A stretch of 64,000 nucleotides of DNA from an uncultured bacterium. Its GTDB lineage: Bacteria > Actinomycetota > Acidimicrobiia > Acidimicrobiales > VFJN01. Location of the stretch: contig CAVQVM010000023.1 in NCBI GenBank assembly GCA_963717085.1, positions 210,627 to 274,626 on the forward strand, written 5' to 3'. Below are positions 57,556-64,000 of this stretch, in pieces. A program made the translations under genes and the position numbers. Under the pieces are notes generated by a model that worked only from the letters and a program-made list of their open reading frames with translations, was not told where the DNA came from and did no database searches. How positions within the stretch are numbered: position 1 is the first letter of the stretch; each line of letters begins with the position of its first letter.

Positions 57556-57668
57556 CGGTAGGCCGCCGAGGGTGCCGGGGGCGATCCGGCGACCGGTGTG
57601 CCTGCGGGGTGGTCTTTTCGTCGCCGTCCTACCCCGGTCGTCCGGCCGCCGGCCGCCTAAGGACCGGA

Positions 57669-57795
57669 GCGGATAGGGACGTCGTCTTGACTCACCGTGG
57701 TCAGCGCTGCCGGTGGCCTAGCTGTGCGGCCTGGGCTCACGCTGCAAATCCCGGGCTGTTCTGTGCCCACATGCGGGCCTATCCGCTCGGCCTCT
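57669..57795 (-). repeat. Dispersed ~127-bp intergenic element, copy B
   Basis: Reverse-complement match to 45942-46068. Perfect 11-bp inverted repeat gagcggatagg (57667-57677) / cctatccgctc (57778-57788). Confidence 0.85.
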
Positions 57796-57808
57796 AGGCT
57801 GACGCCAG

Positions 57809-58633
57809 GTGGGACGTATCTCGAATGCCTGGAGACTCGCCCAGGCCTCGTGGCGGGTGCTGTCGCATGATCGTGAGCTGATCGCGATCCCGATCATCGC
57901 CGGGGTCGCGGCGCTGGTGGCGTTCGGGATCATCGCCGGGCCGGGGGTGCTGCTGCTCGGTGGCACCGACGAGTCCGACGCCAGCGACTTCGCGCTGTGG
58001 TTGATCCTGGCGGTGGCGGCTATCGCCGCCAGCTGGGTTGCGGCCCTGGGCCAAGCCGCGGTCGTCGCCGGCGCTGGACAGCGGATGGACGGGGGCGACC
58101 CCACCCTGGCCACCGGGTTCGACGCCGCTCGTGCCCGTGCGGGCCGATTGTTCGGATGGGCGTTCCTGGCCACGGTGGTGGCGCTGATCCTCGACCTGAT
58201 CCAGGACCGGCTGGGCTTCGCCGGCCGCATCGTCGGCTCGCTCGGCAACATCGCGTTCAGCGTCATGTCCTTCCTGGCGCTGCCGGTGATCGTGTTCGAG
58301 GACATGGGGCCGATCGACAGCTTCAAGCGGTCGTCACAGCTGCTGCGGACTACCTGGGGGGAACAGATCACGTTCAGCTTCGGGATGGGCCTACTGGGTT
58401 TCATCGCCGCGCTGCCCGGCATCGCAGTCGGGGCGGGAGCGATTGCATCCGGTGTCCTCGTCGTCCAGGTCGTGGGCGTAACCCTCGCCGCGGTATGGGT
58501 GATCGCGGTCGTGGCGGCGGTGTCCGCGCTCTCGGCCGTCTACAAGACCGCGCTCTACCGCTGGGCCACGAAGCGCCCCGTCGACCCGGCGTTCGACACC
58601 GCGGACCTGTCCGGCGCCTTCCGCCGCCGCTGA
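57809..58633 (+). CDS. Conserved membrane protein (DUF6159-like)
   Basis: WRLAQASWRVL, GWAFLATVV, ALPVIVFE..P..FKRS..L..TWGE, YKTALYRWA. The family label is from recollection. Confidence 0.7.
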   Translation: MGRISNAWRLAQASWRVLSHDRELIAIPIIAGVAALVAFGIIAGPGVLLLGGTDESDASDFALWLILAVAAIAASWVAALGQAAVVAGAGQRMDGGDPTLATGFDAARARAGRLFGWAFLATVVALILDLIQDRLGFAGRIVGSLGNIAFSVMSFLALPVIVFEDMGPIDSFKRSSQLLRTTWGEQITFSFGMGLLGFIAALPGIAVGAGAIASGVLVVQVVGVTLAAVWVIAVVAAVSALSAVYKTALYRWATKRPVDPAFDTADLSGAFRRR

Positions 58634-58649
58634 CGCAGTCGAGCCCGGC

Positions 58650-59696
58650 ATGGATGTCCGCCTCGGGACCTTCAACCTCAACAACCTGTTCGATCGGTTC
58701 AACTTCGAGGCCGACCTGGGCACGCTGCCTGCGGAGGATCGCAACGTCCACACGACGTACCAATGGGTCTTCGTGGGCGAGGGCACCGGACCCGAGGACC
58801 CCCCGCCCCAGCTCGACGCTCCCAGCTCGTCGACGCCGGTCGTCCGGATCCAGCGGGGCGTGCGGGGCGAGCTGATCGAGGGCAAGCCCGCCGCCGCCCA
58901 GCAGGCGCTGGCGGCCCGGATCGCGGCCGTGGACGCCGACCTGCTGGCACTGCAGGAGGTCGAGAACCTCGACGCCTTGCGGCGCTTCAACCGCGACCAT
59001 CTGGAGCGGCCGTTCGGATACGAGGTCCTCATCGAGGGCAACGACCCCCGCTTCATCGACGTTGCCGTGCTGGCCCGGCTGCCGATCGCCAACGTCACGT
59101 CCCACCGCTTCGAGGTCCATCCCGACGACCCGACGATGCCGGTGTTCGGGCGCGACCTGCTCGAGCTCCAGGTGTTCAACCAGACCCGGCGCCGGAAGTT
59201 GCTGACGCTGTTCGTCACGCACCTCAAGTCCAAGTTCGTGCCCTTCGACGACCCCGACCCCGCGGCCACGGCATTGGCGAACGACCGGCTCCGCACGCGC
59301 CAGTCGGAGACGATCGCCCGCGTCGTCTCCGACCGCACCCGGCCCGACGCGCGCTATGTCGTCGTGGGGGACCTCAACGACACCCCAGAGGCCGACACAT
59401 TGGCCCCGATGGTGTCCGGCCTGAGCCTGGTCGACGCCCTCGCCGACGTAGTCGAGAGCCGTCCACCGCCGCCGGCCACGCCGGAGAACTCGCCGCCGAC
59501 CGTGCGCTGGACGCATCGTCACTCGGTCGCCAACGCCCCCGATACGTTCGAGCTCTTCGATCAGATCTGGCTCAGTCCTGCCCTGGCGGGCCGGGTGACG
59601 CACGCCGAGATCGAGCGGCGGCGGGCGTGGAACGCCAGCTCGGCCGGCGTGGGCAGCGATCACGATCCCGCCTGGATCCAGCTCGGCGGGCTCTGA
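58650..59696 (+). CDS. Endonuclease/exonuclease/phosphatase (EEP) family protein
   Basis: GTFNLNNL, ALQEVEN, HLKSK, GDLND, FDQI and SDHDP motifs. Confidence 0.92.
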   Translation: MDVRLGTFNLNNLFDRFNFEADLGTLPAEDRNVHTTYQWVFVGEGTGPEDPPPQLDAPSSSTPVVRIQRGVRGELIEGKPAAAQQALAARIAAVDADLLALQEVENLDALRRFNRDHLERPFGYEVLIEGNDPRFIDVAVLARLPIANVTSHRFEVHPDDPTMPVFGRDLLELQVFNQTRRRKLLTLFVTHLKSKFVPFDDPDPAATALANDRLRTRQSETIARVVSDRTRPDARYVVVGDLNDTPEADTLAPMVSGLSLVDALADVVESRPPPPATPENSPPTVRWTHRHSVANAPDTFELFDQIWLSPALAGRVTHAEIERRRAWNASSAGVGSDHDPAWIQLGGL

Positions 59697-59709
59697 TCCA
59701 GGTCGTCGG

Positions 59710-59733
59710 AACTCATCGCGTCGGCGATGAGTT
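59710..59733. promoter_or_regulatory. Perfect 10-bp-stem palindrome (terminator and/or ECF promoter element)
   Basis: AACTCATCGC-gtcg-GCGATGAGTT between the EEP stop and the VOC-sigma operon. Confidence 0.55.
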
Positions 59734-59794
59734 TCGCCGGGCGCGGTCGTTGAACGTCCTAGAACATCGAGCCAACGACTAGAGGAGACGCGAC

Positions 59795-60214
59795 ATGGAC
59801 TTCAAGCTGGAGCTGGTGGTGCTGCCGGTGAGCGACGTCGACCGGGCCAAAGCCTTCTATGCCGACAAGGTCGGATTCGCCGTCGACGTCGACCACAGCG
59901 CGGGAGAGTTCCGCGTCGTCCAGCTCACGCCCCCGGGATCCGCATGCTCGGTCACCATCGGGCAGGGCGTGACAGAGGCGACGCCCGGATCGGTCCAGGG
60001 CCTGCACCTGATCGTGTCCGACATCGAAGCGGCCCGTACCGAGCTGGTCGAACGGGGGGTCGACGTCGCCGAGGTCTTCCACTTCGAGGGCGACAAGCGG
60101 GTGCCAGGACCTGATCCCCAGCGCAGCATGTACAACTCGTTCGCCGACTTCCGCGACCCCGACGGCAACACCTGGGTGCTCCAGGAGGCGAGGCGAGACG
60201 AGTCGGGCGCATGA
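59795..60214 (+). CDS. VOC/glyoxalase family protein
   Basis: LPVSDVDRAKAFY, VQLTPPGSACS, FRDPDGNTWVLQE. Confidence 0.92.
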   Translation: MDFKLELVVLPVSDVDRAKAFYADKVGFAVDVDHSAGEFRVVQLTPPGSACSVTIGQGVTEATPGSVQGLHLIVSDIEAARTELVERGVDVAEVFHFEGDKRVPGPDPQRSMYNSFADFRDPDGNTWVLQEARRDESGA

Positions 60215-61200
60215 CGCGGAGCGCGGGCTCCCCCGAGATCGACGTCGCGGCGGCGGTCTCGGGGGACGAGTCCGCCTTTGCGGCGCTGACCCAGCGCCAC
60301 CGACGCGAGCTCCATGTCCACTGCTACCGGATGCTCGCCTCCTTCGACGAGGCGGAGGACGCCGTTCAGGAGACGCTCCTGCGGGCGTGGCGCAGCCGCG
60401 ACAGCTTCGACGGCGGCTCGCAGTTCCGGGCCTGGCTCTACCGGATCGCCACCAACGTGTGCCTCGACATGCTCCGGCGCCGCTCCCGGCGTCCCACGAC
60501 GATGCAATCGTTCGCCGACGTGCCATGGCTGCAGCCCTATCCCGACCGCCTGCTGGACGAGATCGCACCGAGCGACGACGAGCCCCACGCCGTGGTCGTC
60601 GAGCGCGAGACGATCGAGCTCGCGTTCCTGGCCGCGCTGCAGCTCCTGCCGCCGCGCCAGCGCGCCGCCCTGCTCGTCCGCGACCTGCTGGGCTGGCCCG
60701 CCAGCGAGACGGCATCCCTCCTGGAGACGAGCGTGGCGGCCGCCAACAGCGCGCTGCAGCGCGCCCGCTCGACGATGCAGCAGCACCTTCCCGAGCGCCG
60801 CGCCGACTGGTCGGCCCGGGAGCCGACTGCCCAGGAGCGCGAGCTCCTCGACCGGTTCATCGACGCCCACCAGCGCTGCGACGCGGCCGCTGCCGTGGCG
60901 ATCGCATCGCAGGACATCCGGGTCACGATGCCACCGAATCCGTTCCTCTACGCGGGGCTCGGCGATCTCGTGCCGCTGCTCGAACGGGCATTCGGCGAGG
61001 ACCGGGACGGCGACTGGCGCCTGGTGCCGACGCGGGCCAACCGCATGCCAACGGCGGCGAGCTACCTGCGCAGGCCGGGCGACTCCGAGTTCCGAGCGTT
61101 CAAGTTCGACGTCCTGCGCATCGAGGACGGCACCGTCGCCGAGATCACGACCTTCGGGCCGGCGCTGTTCCCCGCCTTCGGCCTGGCACCGACGCTCTGA
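60211..61200 (+). CDS. ECF sigma factor with a C-terminal SnoaL-like extension (SigG/ECF56-like)
   Basis: HCYRML, AEDAVQETLLRAW, WLYRIATNVCLD, LPPRQRA, NSALQRAR, plus ~130-aa C-terminal domain. ATGA overlap with the VOC gene. Confidence 0.9.
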   Translation: MTRSAGSPEIDVAAAVSGDESAFAALTQRHRRELHVHCYRMLASFDEAEDAVQETLLRAWRSRDSFDGGSQFRAWLYRIATNVCLDMLRRRSRRPTTMQSFADVPWLQPYPDRLLDEIAPSDDEPHAVVVERETIELAFLAALQLLPPRQRAALLVRDLLGWPASETASLLETSVAAANSALQRARSTMQQHLPERRADWSAREPTAQERELLDRFIDAHQRCDAAAAVAIASQDIRVTMPPNPFLYAGLGDLVPLLERAFGEDRDGDWRLVPTRANRMPTAASYLRRPGDSEFRAFKFDVLRIEDGTVAEITTFGPALFPAFGLAPTL

Positions 61201-61375
61201 CGACCGGAGCCCCTGCGGCCGGCGGTCCGTCGGGTGCTGGACCCAGCCGTGATGTTTGGATGGCGCCCAAACCTGGCCGATCGTGACTGAGCCCACTTCT
61301 GACCGCGGACCGGGATCGGTATAGTCGCACGGCCGGGCGAAGACACGGGCGCGGCGCCGACGAAGGAGTGGTTCC

Positions 61376-62110
61376 GTGGCACGAACCTCCACCAAGCGGG
61401 CGACATCCGCTGCGCTCGTGCGGCTGGGCACGCACCACGAGGGGCCCAAGCGATCGTCGTTGGCGCAGGAACGCTCGCGCGAGACCAGGCGGAAGCTGGT
61501 CAAGGCTGCCCTCGACCTGTGGAGCGAACGGGGCTTCGAGACCGGGATAGACAGCACGACCGCCGAGGAGATCGCAGCCCGGGCCGGTGTCGCCAAGGGG
61601 ACCTTCTACTTCCACTTCGCGCGCAAGGAACAGGTCCTCCTCGAGATGGGTTGGTTGACCGCGAGGGCGCTGTACGAGGACGCACTCCGCGCCCTGGCCA
61701 ACGGTCGCTCGCTCGACACGGTCCTCGACCAGCTGATGACGAAGCTCGCTCGGCGCATCGAGAAGGGCCCCCGCGCCGCGGTGGGCCGCATGATCCAGGA
61801 GTTCCACCGGGCCCCCGAGTCCGAGGTCCTGTACGACCAGGAACACTTCGGGTTCCAGCGGGCGTTCTCCGTCGTGTTCACCCACGCCCAGGACTCCGGC
61901 GAGCTCCCGGACGACATCTCCCCCAGGGATCTGGCGGCGATGCTCACCGCTCTGGTCATGGACGGGATCCGGGAATGGACCGTGGACGAACGCGTCGACC
62001 TCGGAGGGGTCCTCCGGCAGCGCACCGCGTTGTTGCTGGCCGGGGCGCGCAACCTGGTCGTCGCCCCGCCCCGCCGGCGTCGCCCGACCGCCGCCGCACA
62101 TCGAGCCTGA
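61376..62110 (+). CDS. TetR/AcrR-family transcriptional regulator
   Basis: EEIAARAGVAKGTFYFHFARKE. Confidence 0.93.
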   Translation: MARTSTKRATSAALVRLGTHHEGPKRSSLAQERSRETRRKLVKAALDLWSERGFETGIDSTTAEEIAARAGVAKGTFYFHFARKEQVLLEMGWLTARALYEDALRALANGRSLDTVLDQLMTKLARRIEKGPRAAVGRMIQEFHRAPESEVLYDQEHFGFQRAFSVVFTHAQDSGELPDDISPRDLAAMLTALVMDGIREWTVDERVDLGGVLRQRTALLLAGARNLVVAPPRRRRPTAAAHRA

Positions 62111-62196
62111 GCGCCAAGACCACGGAGCGCGCAATTCTTGGCCAATGACCAATAACGCGCCTGGCCGCGGATCCCCCGTCCTCTTACGATCCCGCC

Positions 62197-63102
62197 ATGC
62201 CGATCCGCGAGTTCTTCCACTTGATCCACGTCGTCGACGACCAAGCGGAGGCCGATGCCTGGTACGACGACGTCTTCAAGCCCGAGCGGTTCATCGAGAG
62301 GAACTGGTCCGACATCGAGCGGCGGTGGGCCTCTCTGGCGATGATCGGCGACTTCATGATCGAGGTGATCGAGCCCGGCTCAGCACCAGAGGACCGGGTG
62401 ATGCCGCTCGGCCGGTTTCGCGCCCGGTTCGGCCAGCACTTCCACTCCCTCGCGTGGTACGTCGACACGGCCGACGTGCGGCCGCTCTTCGACGGACTGC
62501 GCGCCCATGGGGTGAGGATCGCCAAGTCCGGCGGCGGCATGTTCCCGGATGGTGACGTCGACCCCGGACCGACGATCTTCACCCATCCCAAGGACACCTT
62601 CGGTCAGCTCGAGTTCGTCGCCCTCGACGACTTCTGGCGCGAGCGGGACCCACGGTTCGGCCCCGACTGGTCGCCCGCCTTCTGGCGTGACGACCACCCC
62701 CTGACCATCGAACGCGTGGCGTCCTTCACCACCGTCGTGAGCGACGTCGCGAAGGCCCGAGCGCTGTTCGAGGGCCCGATCGGCGGCCGGGTCGTCCACA
62801 CCCGGGCATCGTCCGTCGCGGAAAGCGCCTTCGTCCTCGTCGGCAGCGACTCGATCGTCGAGCTCGCGAAGCCGACCGTGGACGACTCGCGGCTGGCGGC
62901 GGACCTCGCCGTCAACGGTGAGCTCCCGCATCGCTGCACCTTCAAGGTCACCGACCTCGAAGCGGCCGAACGCCACATCGAAGACGTGGGCGTGCGGGTC
63001 GCCGACCGCTCCGGTGACGGGTTCACGCTCGAGCCGGCGGATTGCTTCGGCGCCGTCTACGGCTTCACGAGCCGTGCCGTCCCGGGTGATCCGCGGCGCT
63101 GA
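62197..63102 (+). CDS. VOC-family protein (two-domain)
   Basis: FFHLIHVV, IEVIEP, FHSLAWYV, THPKDTFGQLE. Confidence 0.8.
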   Translation: MPIREFFHLIHVVDDQAEADAWYDDVFKPERFIERNWSDIERRWASLAMIGDFMIEVIEPGSAPEDRVMPLGRFRARFGQHFHSLAWYVDTADVRPLFDGLRAHGVRIAKSGGGMFPDGDVDPGPTIFTHPKDTFGQLEFVALDDFWRERDPRFGPDWSPAFWRDDHPLTIERVASFTTVVSDVAKARALFEGPIGGRVVHTRASSVAESAFVLVGSDSIVELAKPTVDDSRLAADLAVNGELPHRCTFKVTDLEAAERHIEDVGVRVADRSGDGFTLEPADCFGAVYGFTSRAVPGDPRR

Positions 63103-63116
63103 GCAATCGGCGCGGC

Positions 63117-63776
63117 TCAGCGCCGGATCGCGGCCAGGCAGAACTCGACGAGCTGCTCCACGTCCTCGTCGCTGGGCGGTGACCGCCGGAGGAATTGCTC
63201 GAGGCGACCGAAGGCCACCACCGATATGGCGGCGGCATCACGCTCGGGATCGGGACTGCCCGCGCTGCGGAGGGCATCGACGAGCTGGTGGTCCGTAGCC
63301 GGCACGCTCACTGTCTGGCGCACCTCGATGGGCAGCTCCGCGAGGTTGTGCATGGCCGCCCTCGTTTGGCGGGCCACGGCCCGGCGCTGGGCCTGGGCGG
63401 CCACGCCGACGATCCAGGCCCGTACCTTGAGCTCGGAATCGTCAACCTTGTCGAGCTGGTGGCGCAGGTAGCTCTCGAGGCGGTGGGCCCCCGCCTCCAC
63501 GACCGCGGCGATGAGCTCGTCCTTGCTCACGAAGTGCCGGTAGAACGCCTGGTTGGACAGTCCGGCACGCTCGACGATCTCGGCCACGCGTGGCGCCCGC
63601 TCGTCGCCGAGCTCGACCATCAGGTCGAGACCGGCATCGAGGAGGCGCTGGACCTCGTCGATGTATGCGCTCTCGCGGGCGGCCAGGGCGCGGCGCGCGG
63701 TGCGTGCTGCGACGGGGGACGGCTCCGGGACGTCCTGATCGTCCGCGGCTGCCTGCGCCTTCGACGGCCTCGCCAT
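63117..63776 (-). CDS. TetR/AcrR-family transcriptional regulator
   Basis: VAEIVERAGLSNQAFYRHFVSKDEL. Confidence 0.92.
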   Translation of the reverse strand: MARPSKAQAAADDQDVPEPSPVAARTARRALAARESAYIDEVQRLLDAGLDLMVELGDERAPRVAEIVERAGLSNQAFYRHFVSKDELIAAVVEAGAHRLESYLRHQLDKVDDSELKVRAWIVGVAAQAQRRAVARQTRAAMHNLAELPIEVRQTVSVPATDHQLVDALRSAGSPDPERDAAAISVVAFGRLEQFLRRSPPSDEDVEQLVEFCLAAIRR

Positions 63777-63907
63777 CACCTCGCCCTTCAGCCGGCGTGG
63801 CCCGGCTCGGAACTTAGTTCTGTCGACGGAGAACCCTACTCCCCTCACCCGGGACCAGCAGGGCACGATGTGTCACAGTGCAGAGCAGCGCGCGTGGAGA
63901 CATGCCC

Positions 63908-64000
63908 ATGACACCAGATCCGTACTTCGACCTCACCGGCAAGGTCGCCCTGGTCACGGGCGGCAGCCGCGGCCTCGGTCGCCGGATGGTCCTGGCGTTC
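63908..64000 (+). CDS. SDR oxidoreductase, 5' end truncated by the window edge
   Basis: MTPDPYFDLTGKVALVTGGSRGLGRRMVLAF. Confidence 0.9.
   Translation, partial: MTPDPYFDLTGKVALVTGGSRGLGRRMVLAF

Overview
High-GC bacterial DNA, most likely actinobacterial of the Acidimicrobiia type. This is inferred from gene content: nucS, a mycothiol-conjugate-amidase-like gene, F420/flavin LLM oxidoreductases, a conservon operon, a DUF222-HNH gene and many lipid beta-oxidation enzymes. No database search was possible. The window holds about 70 genes, mostly housekeeping: fatty acid/sterol catabolism, DNA repair, one-component regulators and transport. I found no rRNA, tRNA, CRISPR array, intact transposase or integrase. 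The most unusual parts are: (1) a ~3 kb block at 52574-55610 bounded by a 10-bp direct repeat, holding a MerR regulator, a thioredoxin-like/MerB fusion and a two-Cys membrane protein, with two matching MerR-type promoters and no merA; (2) a ~127-bp structured non-coding element with inverted ends, present twice in opposite orientation (45942-46068 and 57669-57795); (3) a four-gene conservon whose kinase has a His-rich multi-pass membrane sensor and a Pro/Tyr heptad-repeat tail; (4) a CBS-less double-domain MgtE paired with a PhoU/RCK_C protein; (5) a 43-aa classical C2H2 zinc-finger microprotein; (6) a decayed block with DinB and HNH pseudogenes. Family names come from motif recognition by eye, and start codons are best estimates.
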